From the NCBI GenBank assembly GCA_026770705.1, contig JANJGN010000012.1:133858001-133922000 (forward strand): a stretch of 64,000 nucleotides of DNA. Direction: 5' to 3'. The notes below the pieces were generated by a model. The model was not told the origin of the DNA. It made no database searches and was given only the letters and a program-made list of their open reading frames with translations. Numbering within the stretch: the stretch's first letter is position 1; every line of letters begins with the position of its first letter. Both the position numbers and the translations under genes were made by a program. This DNA comes from Isurus oxyrinchus (Eukaryota). This document shows positions 1 to 11,250 of the stretch, piece after piece.

Positions 1-22
1 GAAGGAGGTTTTTTTTTTTACT

Positions 23-47
23 TTTATTGGAAAAGTGTCTTTTTATT
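23..47 (-). terminator. Candidate polyadenylation signals of ZNF341
   Basis: Two AATAAA hexamers on the minus strand (23-28, 42-47), about 220-245 nt after the stop codon; the UTR could extend beyond the window. Confidence 0.4.
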
Positions 48-199
48 TGTGATGGAAGGCCATTGCACACGGCGATTTAGTCCCGCTGTAATAAAACCAG
101 CTTTGTGTAACTCTATGCAAAGGATGCCAGGATGAAAAGATAACAAGATACCTTTTTACCAGTTTCTCTCAGTCAAAGTCTATCATCGATAGTTTTTTA

Positions 200-231
<32 letters not shown>

Positions 232-268
232 TATAAAAAAAAGTCTTTGCTGTAGTGATAAAGTCTCT

Positions 269-780
269 TTAATCCGAGGCTTGGATGTAAACTGGAACTG
301 TGACCATGGTGACGCCTTGGCTGGTTGGCAGCTCTGTCAAGCCGGCGCTAGCAGGCGCCGAGACAGCCAGCCAGGTCTGACTCGTGTTGCCGGTGGCGCT
401 CGCGTCCTCCGATTCAGACAGGACGATGACGGGCTCCTCCTCGCGCCCCTCAGCCCTCGGCGGCGCCGGCGGCGGCTGCTGCTGCACCTCGGCCTCTTGC
501 CTCAATGCCCCGGGAGCCGCGCGGCTCCCCACCGTGGCTCTCTTGGGTTTGTACGGCCCCCTGCGGGCCCCACAGCGCCGCTTCCTCGCCTGCCGCTCCT
601 CCCCTCGCCCGGCGAAGAGCCCGCACCGGTGCTGCTTGAGGTACTTCTCACGCGTGAAGCCTTTCCCACAGGGCCCACAGCGGATGGTGTAGGTGTCCGT
701 GTGCGAGTGCTGGTGTTCCATCATGTGAGCTCGCCGGCTAAAGCTCTTGCTGCAATACTGGCACTTGTACGGCTTGATTC
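269..780 (-). CDS. ZNF341: ZNF341 last coding exon (exon 15): two C-terminal zinc fingers and tail
   Basis: Acceptor gctgtag|GA; reads GIKPYKCQYCSKSFSRRAHMMEHQHSH...RCGPCGKGFTREKYLKQHRC...VPVYIQASD, then TAA; 512 nt, phase 1 start. Confidence 0.96.
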
Positions 781-2699
781 CTACAGCACCCCCCACCAGA
801 AAAAAAAAAGATAATTAAAAAGCCCCATCAGGAAACGCTCATCAACGCAAGAAAGCAATCCCAAAATGAAACCCGGCCCCATACGCTGCTGAAAAAGCAT
901 TAAAAATGGCAACACACATTGTACAAGGCAAGTGGCAATTTGATTGAAGATTTTTTCCTCTGGATTTTGGAAGGAATTGACGGGTTACTTTTTCCGTTGC
1001 TGGGGGAGTTTCGGACAAAGGGACATGACCTTAAAAAGCCAGAGTGTGACCACTCAGGAGAGAAGTTAGGAAACATTGCTTCACACAAAGGGTGGTAGAA
1101 ATGTGGAACTCTCTCCCACACAATGCCGTCGACGCCATCTCAAACAAAACCCTCAATTCTAAGGTCAAGGGATTTCTTTTTTTCCCTCTCCAGATAAGGA
1201 TATAAGAAAAGGATTTGGAGGCAAGGCTGCTGGACAGAATTAAAAGACGGATCAGCCACAATCTCACTGAATAGCACTACAGGCTGGAGGTAATGATGGG
1301 CCTCCTCCTGTGCCTACAGATTGAGTCTGCACCACAGAAAAAGGCCATTCAGCCCTATGCTCTACACGGGCCTTCTCTCCACCCCCCCCTCCCCCCCACC
1401 CCACGTTTATTTAGCTTCCGCTAATTGCATCCGTTATTCAGCTTAACCACTACTTCGAGCTCCATATTCTAACCACTCTCCTTGGTTTCTCCTGAATTTC
1501 CATACACGCTAGCACAGACCCAGCTGGGCTGTCAATGCTATGACTAACTCCTAACCATGTCAGGGGATTTGCAAAAGAAGCAGGAGAGGAGAGAATGAGA
1601 AGAATTCTTCCTTTCACACTAGACCACAAGTCCTGATGATCTGGAATGTGCTGCCTGAAAGGCTGGTGAAAGTAGATTCAACAGTAACTTTCAAAGCACA
1701 TCAGATCGATACATGAAGAGGTAACATTTGCAGGGTTGCGGGGGAAAGAGGAGGGGAGGAAAATAATTGGATAGTACTTTCAAAGGGCTGGCACGGGCAT
1801 GATGGGCAGAATGGCTTCCTTATGTATTGCATAATAAGAGTATAAGAACAGGAAAAGTCCATTAAGCTCAATCCCTTCCCTCTTGATTGATCCCAACGCC
1901 ACCAACCTGACATCTCACCAAATCAATGCACCCAACTGCGCACCTCTTCTGCCCCTCCCCACCTTCAGTTAGTACTATATGCTAGTGTTGGCAATTCACG
2001 CTGGAACTTTCTGCAGTTACCCGCTGATGTCTCAAACAAGTGCCTATTCTTTATATTTTGGATCTCAGACAGCAAGTGCTGGCAGGCAATTTGACCAAAG
2101 AGGGTATTCACAGTCATACCCCAATATTGTCCTTGTTCAAACCGCCAGACAAACATTGTATCCAGTTGAGGATAGCAATCTACAGCAGGAATCATGGCCG
2201 ATTATTCCATTTCCCTCAACCCGACCCGCAAGGGTCGACTATACCCCTGGCTCTGCAGGCTGGGAAAGTCAGAAGGGGCAAATAAACACCTAAACTCTGG
2301 TCCGACAGCATGAATCTGCAGCAAAGGGGTAGGGACTGCAGGAGATAAAGGGCGGGAGGGTTGGTGGGGGGAGGTGAAGGGAGTGCGGAAATTAACTGTT
2401 TTGATCAAAATTCTTCGTCGTGTTAATTTGAAGCACTTTTGAACAAGGTCACACATTCACTCATCTCCGTCACTCAATTCCTTCTTGAATCGAGACAGGG
2501 AGGTTTATTTTAATTCATTCACAGGATGTGGGCTTTGCTGGCTGGGCCCAGCATTTATTGCCCAACCATAATTGCCCTTGAGAAGGTGGTTGGTGTGCTG
2601 CCTTCTTGAACCGCTGCAGTCCCTGTGGTGTGGGTACACCCGCAGCGCTGAAGGAACATGTGACACTGACATGCTCACAAAGACAGAAATAAATTTGTA

Positions 2700-2964
2700 G
2701 GCAAGGGAGTGGATGAGACCAGAGGGTTTTTCCTATCTATCACAGTTTGCACCTTTTATCTGTGCTGAGCCAATTGTCCATTTTAAACCTAAGATTTATA
2801 GGTTTGCGTTATTCAAAGGTATTAAGGAAAATGGGGCAAAGGCTGGTATGTGGAGTTAAACCGGAGATGAGCCATGATCGCAATGAATGGTGCAACAGGC
2901 TGAAGGGGATGAATGGCCTCCTCCTGTTCTTGAAAAGCTGGTGACACAACTGAATACCTTGCTA
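2700..2964 (+). repeat. Local direct duplication, copy A (copy B at 5187-5450)
   Basis: About 265 bp with roughly 90% identity by eye to 5187-5450, including sequence on both sides of an embedded CR1 tail. Confidence 0.9.
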
Positions 2965-2999
2965 TTGGGAAACATGAATAATGCTTTCCCCTCACCTAC

Positions 3000-3070
3000 C
3001 TGAGTGGGCAATTATATGAGCCTTCAGCTTGTCAGGTCTATTGAATTCTTTTGTGCAACCCGAGTGTACC
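3000..3070 (-). CDS. ZNF341: ZNF341 exon 14
   Basis: cattcacag|G GTA...CAC TCA G|gtaggt; reads [23 protein letters not shown]; 71 nt; not in the ORF track. Confidence 0.95.
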
Positions 3071-3147
3071 CTGTGAATGATACAAAGCAGAGAGAATAAC
3101 CCAATCATTCATTCATACATCACAGTGCCACAGTTAGAAACTGCTTT

Positions 3148-3516
3148 TGGCCAAGACTAACCAATCACTTGGGATGGAACAGCTATTGGCCAATACTGAC
3201 CTATCACTTGGGATGGAACAGCTATTGGTCCACACTGACCTATCACTTGGGATGGAACAGCTATTGGTCCACACTGACCAATCACTTGGGATGGAACAGC
3301 TATTGGTCCACACTGACCAATCACTTGGGATGGAACAGCTATTGGTCCACACTGACCAATCACTTGGAATGGAACAGCTATTGGTCCACACTGACCAATC
3401 ATGTGGGATGGAACAGCTATTGGTCCATACTGACCAATCACTTGGGACAGAACAGCTACTGGTCAATACTGACCAATCACTTGGGATGGAACAGCTATTG
3501 GTCAATACTGACCAAT
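3148..3516. repeat. 39-bp minisatellite, about 9 units (ACTGACCAATCACTTGGGATGGAACAGCTATTGGTCCAC)
   Basis: Direct tandem units; 13-aa periodicity in four overlapping spurious ORFs. Confidence 0.97.
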
Positions 3517-3925
3517 GGATACTTCATATGATTCACGTGCAGTCAATTTAATTATTTATTCTTTAATTCTTCAGAAGGTATTCCTCTCTTTTCAGGCAGC
3601 TATTTTCTTCAGACTGGTCCTCTTCTGAAACAAGCACCTCCTTCAATCTGGGAGGGATCGACTGATCTATTGTTGAGTGACCGCCATTCCCAAACCAGCC
3701 GCTCAGGAGGTACAGCCAACACTGGGCCAAGTGAAGTCCCCTACATTCCCGCAACTACAATCAGAAACTGAAAAGTGTGTGGGTAGTGGGAGGGGTGTTG
3801 TGCGTTCGGGGGAGGTGAAAACACAAGGGATGGGGCACATCAAACTGACGTCACACCATGTAGGTGGTTATTATCAGTGATGGTCAATCTAATGCTCCTC
3901 AGCAAAGCCACAAGTCTATCCTACG

Positions 3926-4270
3926 GCAGGTGATGGTGTAGTGGTATTGGCGCTAGACTAGTAATCATGGGTAATGCTCTGCGGACCAGTGTTCAAATCC
4001 TGCCACAGCAGATAGTGGAATGAATTCAATAAAAATCTGGAATTAGAAGTCTTAATGATGACCATGAAACCATTGTCAATTGTTCTAAAAACCCATCTGG
4101 TTCACTAATGCCTTTTAGGGAAGGAAATCTGCTGCCCTTACATGTGACTCCAGGCCCACAGCAACGTGGTTGGCTCTTAAATGCCCTCTGAAAAAGGACA
4201 ATTAGGGATGGGTAATAAATGTTGGCCTAGTCAGCAATGGCTCACATTCCTTGAATGATTTAAAAAAAAA
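3926..4270 (+). mobile_element. tRNA-derived SINE
   Basis: A-box-like TGGTGTAGTGGT and B-box-like GTTCAAATCC; 3' end caattagggatgggtaataaatg...cacattcc shared with the LINE family at 59484-61415. Related copies at about 25105-25465 (-), 28070-28432, 39735-39990 and 44612-44940. Confidence 0.8.
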
Positions 4271-5186
4271 AGTCTGGAAGACTATACTTAGGTGCTAAAA
4301 GACCCTCTGGTCCCATCCAGGTTTTCCCTTACAATTGTGATCCCTTATGTATCATAATATCTACACTCTCCACCCCAGCTAAAACCTGGTGGTCTCCTGG
4401 GTGTGGTGGAAAACCTGATAAAAATCGGAGTCAATTCCAGGAATAAACATCTGGGAAATTCATCTCCGAGTCCCTTTAGGTATCAAAACTAATCCGGGAG
4501 ATCACTTTGATCCTGTTTGATGTTGTCCAGTATCTAATTCAAGAACAGGGTGATCTTCACTCCAGCCAGAAACAGGTCCAACTCTCTTCTGAATCAATTC
4601 AGCAAATCGGTATTCACTGCGTTAAGCCGGCAGCCTGTTCCACAGGTCCATTATTCTCCAGGAAAAGACTCACCTCCTGACAGCGAACGTAGTTCTAGCT
4701 TTTACAGAGCTTGAAAATGTCACCCCCCCTGGCCTCCCTTATTTAGTTGAAAAGCCTAATGGCCCAGTTTATTGGGGGACAGTGGGAAGAAGACCCAACT
4801 CCCAATGTGTCGTCTGGCATTCAGAAGTTGGGACAGATTCCTAAGGGATGATCCAGGCGAGGGGGAAGAGAAGGGGTCAAGACGCAAACAGAATGGCCTT
4901 TGGAGGTTACTCCCTTGGCACTGTTTCCCTGATGCTGGGGTATAGGACCCAGAGGCACATTCAGTCTCCGGGCTCCCAGGTCCAAACATGGCCCCAGCCA
5001 ATGAGAAAAAGGGACCGTTGCTGCTTCAACAGGCAGTGCCGGTAGATGGGCTGCTCAAAAAATCTCATCCTTGGGAGGTACAATTCACAGACAGGGCTGA
5101 CATTTATTGTCCATCTCCAATTATGGAACACTAATACACACAAAGTACTGTTTAAGTTTGGAACACTCTTCTACAATGTAGTTGTC

Positions 5187-5450
5187 GGCAAGAGAGTGGA
5201 TGAAACCAGAGGGTTTTTCCTGTCTATCATAGTTTGCACCTTCTATCTGTGCTGGGCCAATTGTTCATTTGAAGCTAAGATTTATAGGCTACCGTTATTT
5301 AAAGGTATTAAGGAAGATGGGGCAAAGGCTGGTATGTGGAGTTAATCCGGAGATGAGCCATGATTGCAATGAATGGTGCAACAGGCTGAAGGGGATGAAT
5401 GGCCTCCTCCTGTTCCTGAAAAGCTGGTGACACAACTGAATATATTGCTA
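5187..5450 (+). repeat. Local direct duplication, copy B (copy A at 2700-2964)
   Basis: Same sequence as 2700-2964, from ggcaagagagtggatga to gacacaactgaata. Confidence 0.9.
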
Positions 5451-5829
5451 GGCTACTTCAAAAATAGTTAATGATGTTGGTTTGGGACAGGGGTCACATG
5501 TAGGCCAGACTGGGGAAGTCCAGTTGGATTTTTACGACAATGAAGCAGCTTTGCAATCACTTTTACTGACGCTGGTATTTTACTTATAGATTTATTAAAT
5601 TGAATTCAAGTTCTCAATTTCCCGTAATGGGATTTGACATTCTCTCTCTGGGTTATTGGGTCTCAAACTAATTTGTAACTGGCTCGTAACAAGGCTCACT
5701 TATGCTTGCCAGAAGTGATGTATATTCATATGCATGTTCTCAGCAAACAAATGGAATATGTTCAAGCTTTGCACCTCTTTTGAATTATCCGGGAGCTTGG
5801 GGACCCTATAGTTCCCTGTTATTTTCCCC

Positions 5830-5995
5830 ATGGCAACACCTCAGCCAATCAGAGTCGATTTGCCAACCAATCAGCACCCTTCCCTTTTCCCCAGTACTAT
5901 AAATCATTGTGATTGTTTGAAATTTGGCATTCTTGCATTTGTCCTGATGAGTGCAAGATGAAAAGCTTTGGCAACATGTCTCCCTTTTCAACAAT
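5830..5995 (+). mobile_element. Penelope-like pseudo-LTR fragment (family B) with CCAAT, TATA and hammerhead motif
   Basis: CCAAT at 5845 and 5867, TATAAAT at 5898, then ttgtc-CTGATGA-gtgcaagat-GAAA-agcttt-ggcaa; related copies at 10808-10970 and 26203-26467. Confidence 0.6.
5939..5974 (+). ncRNA. Minimal type I hammerhead ribozyme motif (activity unknown)
   Basis: Canonical CUGAUGA and GAAA boxes, short stem II, palindromic AAAGCUUU in place of stem III, stem I UUGUC/GGCAA. Confidence 0.55.
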
Positions 5996-6227
5996 AATCA
6001 AAAACATTCTTACTAAACTTTACCGTTCTGATACTTTCATCCTCAGAAGCACCGGATTGTTCATTGCCAAGAGAGAGAGAATAATCCTTTCACCCACCTC
6101 GCCTAACTACAGTGAGAAAATGTTTCTCTGTCAGCTGACAGGACTAGCCACTTTCAATGAGCTGGCACAGGCACGCTGGGTCGAATGGCCTCCTGTGCTT
6201 GCAGATCCGCAATGAAGGGAAACCTAC

Positions 6228-6339
6228 CTGAAAGGGCACTTGAATTTCTTGACAGGGTCATGGGTTAGCATGTGCCTCTTCACTTTATCTTTGCGATTAA
6301 ATGCTGCTGAACACAACGTGCACTTAAATGGCTTTTCAC
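6228..6339 (-). CDS. ZNF341: ZNF341 exon 13
   Basis: ttgaacag|GT GAA...TTC AG|gtaggt; reads [37 protein letters not shown]; 112 nt. Confidence 0.95.
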
Positions 6340-6444
6340 CTGTTCAAAAACAACAAAAAAAGGAATAATATGAAGCAGTCTCTGAAGGATAAGTCACTGA
6401 GGTTGCGCTCCACTTGGCTGGCTGACTGCAGCTCTAACAACACT

Positions 6445-6830
6445 GAAGAAGCAACCCATCCACTACCTTCAATGTTCACCCCCTCCACCACTGACGCACA
6501 GTAGCAGCAATGTGTATCATCTGCAGCAACTCACCAAGACTCCATCCACAGCACCTTCCAAACCCATGACCGCTACCACCTAGAAGGACAAAGGCTGCAG
6601 AGACGTGGTAACAGCACCACCTGCAAGTCCCCCTCCACTATCCTGACTTGGAAATATATCGCCGTTCCTTCACTGTCGCTGGAACTCCCTCCCTAACAGC
6701 ACTGTGGGTGTAGCTACACCACATGGACTGCAGCGATTCAGGAAGGCAGCTCACCATCACCACCTTCTCAAGGGCAATTAGGGATGGGCAGTAAATAAAT
6801 CCTAGCCAACAACGCCCATGTTTGCAGATG
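6445..6830 (+). mobile_element. 3' fragment of CR1/L2-group LINE
   Basis: Colinear with 61000-61415 (cctgacttggaaatatatcgccgttccttcactg...aagggcaatta). Confidence 0.8.
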
Positions 6831-8749
6831 AGTAAACTTAAAAAAGGACAGACCAGGGTTGAACTTTGAACTTCTGTTGTGAAAACCTCAGCTCGTGACC
6901 GAGTAAACCACCAAGACAGTTTCATTGGATTATATTTCTGGATGAACAATACCCGGTGATATCAAAATGATTTAACAGCTCTTAATAAGCCTAATAAATA
7001 TTGTGCTGTGAAATATAAATAAAATTTCAGCACCGTTGGGAGTTATAAATATTCATTTTATATAATTTACATAGTAAATAGCTCTGCTATTGCTCATCTC
7101 TAGGGTCCTGTATTTACAATAAGCAGATTCCCATCCCAAAGGTATTGTAATTGTTGTTTTTACATAAAAATAGATTGTGTTAGTCACATCTACAGCCGTC
7201 AAGTTACTTCAGCTGTCTCATGGTTTCAGGATGAACAGCGAGAAACAGTCAGGTTGCGATTTTGTTGCAAGCGTGTTAAAGCTTCACAATATTCCAAAGC
7301 ATCCCACACAAAGTCACCACTGTAACGTAGGGATTGAGGCAGCCAATTTAAGCCCAGCAAAGTCCCCAAAAACAACAATGTGATAAAGTAGCTGGTCAGG
7401 ACACCTAGGAGAATTCCCCTGCTCGTCTTCAAAATAAAGCCAGGGAATCTTTTACCATCACAAGGGAGCAGGCAGGTCTCGCTTTAATAGTTCCCCTAAA
7501 GTTGGCACCGCGGTCGATGTTGCACATTGTGGGGGGGGGGGGGGCCAACACTGCCGTGTGTGCGCGAAGGGTTAAAGGTTACTCAATACATCTTGCCTAA
7601 CATTACAAACCCAGATCTGGTATCAGTCAATAATTGCACAGGGTCATAAGGGCTTTTTGTGGATGAACCTGTGTGTCCTATTAGACGAAGAGGAAGGAAG
7701 GCTTCTGCTGCATTTGGTGCCATAAAGTGCTCCCGGCGGAAGGACAGGACTGTTGTGATGCAGAATAAAAATGCTCTTCAACTGCGCTGATAATGACTTT
7801 TAACCACCAGCCCCCACCCACCTTTACCCCAGAAAGGCCACATCCAGCTGTACCAAGTGCAATGTTTACATTTCTCACATTACCCGCCCTTTCTACCCCA
7901 GGCCAGTTTGCAAAGACGCTGCCAGTCCTTACAGCATCACCAGGTTCGACTGACCAAGCACATTCCACACTGGATCCCCAGGGGGACTTCATTCCATTGG
8001 CCCTTAAACCTCAAATCCAAGGACGTTCTCCCCATCACCATTGGACAGTAAGTAAAAACCTACCATCACCCAGTCTGTATTCAAACGGTCACCATCATTA
8101 ATCAACCTCCATCCTCTGGTTCACTATGACTGCTTCTAAGTTAGCACTTAGTTAGCTGACAGACTTTATGGATATCTAGAATGGATGATCAATCTGTACG
8201 CAGAGAGGAGAGGTACGTTCAGATTTCCAGTTCTATCCTTCCAGTCCTTTAAAGAACATTCCCTCTTCGACTCCAGGTTCTGCCTACATTGAAGGTGCAT
8301 GTCACAACAACAACAACAACGACAACTTGTATTTATGTAGCACGTTTAATATAATTAAACATCCATGGCACTTCACAAAATTTGCCTTGCTTGGTTAAAG
8401 AGGTCGGTTTGAAGGTGGAAAGCAGGGTAGAGAGGCGGAGCGCTTTGCAGAAGGAATTCCGGAGGTGAGCATTTCGGTAGCTGAAGGCACAGTCAGTCAC
8501 CAAAGATGGAGTGACTGATGTCGAGGATGGTCAAGAGGCCCAGAATTAGAAGAGAACAGAGATCTCCAAGTCACAGTTAAGACCCAATGAAGTCTCTGTT
8601 CCCAAATTCTTTGAAAACAGTCTATTTCCATAAATGGCTGAGGTTACTTATTTCAAAGTTAACGCTGTCAAACAACACTTCCTGCCTTAATGGTTCTTAA
8701 ATTCTTCGAAGAGGCTTTATTAACAGCCTTACGGAAGCCGGACTTACCT

Positions 8750-9824
8750 TGTAGCCGAGAACAGAGTCGGGATTTTCCAAATCCCGGCGGACGTGAGTTT
8801 CCAGGCATGCGTGGACCGGGAGCAGGCTGCACATGCTCAGTTCAACATTAAGTTCTTTGGAACAAAAACAGAATTACCTGGAAAAACTCAGCAGGTCTGG
8901 CAGCATCGGCGGAGAAGAAAAGAGTTGACGTTTCGAGTCCTCATGACCCTTCGACAGAACTTAACTTCTTTGGGTCTCGCGCACTAGCCCGTGAAGGAAA
9001 ACGGGGTAAAAACCTGGGTCACGTGGCCAGAAGAGGTCCCAAAAAGGAGACAGGAACAGGAAGAGGTCCCAACTAAGTTGAAAAGAGAGGAGCAGAGAAA
9101 GAGGCTCCAAGCAGGAAAAGGGCTACAGTTAGCAGACTTTAAATGAAGAGGGCTCGGGAGAAGCCCTGAAGATCCAAGGCGGCAGGAGAAGATTCCGTGA
9201 TTGGTGATTCTGTGCTGCGGGCCGTCAGGACAAAGATGCCCCTTTACAGCAGTAGTGTTCTGCTCGGCGGGGCTAAAGAGCTGAAGTTATGCTTGCAAGT
9301 TGGTGCTTGAGCCCAGACTCGGGAATCCAGGGGAACGGAATCTCGAAGGAGGAGATTGAAACCCTGCGAGGTGGGCCATCGTTGGTGATGCCCGAGTTGG
9401 AGCAACTTGTGAAGAGAATTTCAACTGAGATCATTGAAGGTGAGAGAGACGGAGTATCAATGAGATTGGCTGATTCAGTGTTTACTGACGTTTGGGTGGA
9501 TTGTTGACAAATCCATGGACTCTGTCTTGGCTACATCGCCATTTTTTGTGCAGTATGGTGTATTTGACCACAGTTTGCCTGTTACTTCACATGTACCCTA
9601 TAAACTCTAACACTCAGGGTTAATAAGATAGATATTTTAAATCTTTTTTTCTTTCTGATCTCGCATAGTAAAGTTTATTTTTGTTGTTTAAAGCAGGTAG
9701 AATCTTGTGGCTTTCTTCACTGAGTAAATGCCTTGAATCTTAAACTTTGTCTACTTTAAATAAAACATTATTGGGCCCTAACTGGATCTTACTAACAACT
9801 TGGGGGGTCTGGTCTAGGATAACA
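8750..9824 (+). mobile_element. Possible solo LTR, interrupted by a Penelope-like mini-insertion
   Basis: TG...AACA ends and an AGTAAA/AATAAA region near the 3' end; no target-site duplication found and boundaries are uncertain. Confidence 0.35.
8861..8960 (-). mobile_element. 100-bp Penelope-like pseudo-LTR (family A) starting at the hammerhead motif
   Basis: Matches the arms at 52485-52688; flanked by ttaa[g/c]ttctttgg at 8848-8860 and 8961-8973. Confidence 0.8.
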
Positions 9825-10099
9825 ATATTTCCACACCATGGTTCATGGACTCCTCAGCGTACGTTTGTTACACCAGCCAATAAAGTTACACCTTAATTGC
9901 TCTGGCATCATTACTGTAACATATTCCATTGCACATGCAGCTCTCGTATATATCACTAACATTAAAATCAAAAGACAAGCCAGTGCTTTCCCCTCACGAC
10001 ACTCAGAAGCTATCCCTGTTATCTTGGAAAGTTTGTTGCTTCAAGATACAAAGAAGCTTGAATATTAACCCTTAGGTCTCCAGAAATAACAAAGGAAAC

Positions 10100-10760
10100 A
10101 ACTACTTGCATTAACACAGGTTTCAACTTGGGCAAAAACTTTCCAAGGTGCTTCAGATGAGGATAAGCAAACAAAATTTGACACTGAGCCACATAAGGAG
10201 ATATTAGAACATGAGCTCAGCCAAAAGGAGCAGGTTTTAAGAAGTGTCTTAAAGGAAGAGAGAGGGGGAGGTGAAGAGGCAGAGATGTTTACGGAGGGAA
10301 TTCCAGAGCTTAGGATCTATGCAGCTGAACTCATGGTCACCAATAGTGAGGCAAAGAAAACTGAGGTTACACAAGAGGCTAGAATTAGAGGGGTGCAGAT
10401 ATGTTGCAGGGTTGTGGGGTTGGAGGAGGTTCCAGAGATAGGGAGGGGTGAAGCCATGGAATGATTTGAAAACACGGATGAGAATTTTCAAAATGGAGTT
10501 GTTGCTGGACCGGAACCAAGGTAAGCCAGCGAGTACAGGGGTGAGGGGTGAACAAGGACTTGGTGCGATTTAGGATATGGGCAACAGAGCTTTGGATGAG
10601 CTCAAGCATATGTAGGGTGGAAAGGCTGGAAGCTGAACAGGAGAACATTGGGATAGTCAAGTCCAGAGTCTAGAAAGGCGTAGGTGGGGGTTTCAGCAAC
10701 AGATGAGTTGATGTGGGACGGAGATAGGAGATGTAACAAAAGTGGAAGTAGGTGAGTGAA
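10100..10760 (-). mobile_element. L2-type LINE 3' fragment
   Basis: Minus strand encodes a degenerate L2 ORF2 C-terminus (LELIQSSVAHIL...KILIRVFKSFHGFTPPYL...PKLWNSL). Confidence 0.7.
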
Positions 10761-10807
10761 GACTCAGGGCCAAAGAACAGCCCAATGCCCAAGACTGCAT
10801 GACATAC

Positions 10808-10970
10808 AGCCAACCAATCAGCACTCTCTTCTCATATAGTATAAATTGTTGTTCCCTTCACATTTGGTATCCTTGCAAATGATCCCGATGAGTGTAAAAT
10901 GAAAGGCTTCGGCAAAAACATGTCCTTTTTTTCAGCAATACTTAAGCTCTGTAACTGAAGTCCATTCAAC
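10808..10970 (+). mobile_element. Penelope-like pseudo-LTR fragment (family B), degenerate
   Basis: gccaaccaatcagcac...tataaat...cccgatgagtgtaaaatgaaaggcttc; homologous to 5830-5995. Confidence 0.6.
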
Positions 10971-11062
10971 CAATCAGTGCAAAGTTTTAAAACGACGCAG
11001 CAACCTTTTAAATTAAATTGCCAGAATAGAAGGTGCCAGAACAGAAGGTGCCATGCACTTAC

Positions 11063-11195
11063 CAGAATGAATGAGGAGGTGAAGTTTGAGATAGTGTTCA
11101 GTTTTGAATGACTTTTTACATATCTGACACTTGAATACGCCCCCTCCACCATGCACAGGGAGATGTCTCCGCAGATACCTCTCACTTGGGAAGAC
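11063..11195 (-). CDS. ZNF341: ZNF341 exon 12
   Basis: ttcacag|GTC...TCT G|gtaagt; reads [44 protein letters not shown]; 133 nt. Confidence 0.95.
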
Positions 11196-11250
11196 CTGTG
11201 AACACACAGCATGTCTGAGAAGGATTGATGAAGGAACGGCATCTACTAAG

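Noticed and set aside
281-814. Plus-strand ORFs overlapping the last ZNF341 exon
   Set aside because: Antisense shadows of a GC-rich coding exon with no recognisable domain.
3148-3516. CRISPR-like array or repeat protein (four ORFs of 94-134 aa)
   Set aside because: Units are contiguous with no unique spacers, the context is a vertebrate intron, and the frames stay open only because 39 is a multiple of three.
3926-4010. tRNA gene
   Set aside because: A and B boxes are present but there is no cloverleaf, and it continues into a multi-copy SINE body.
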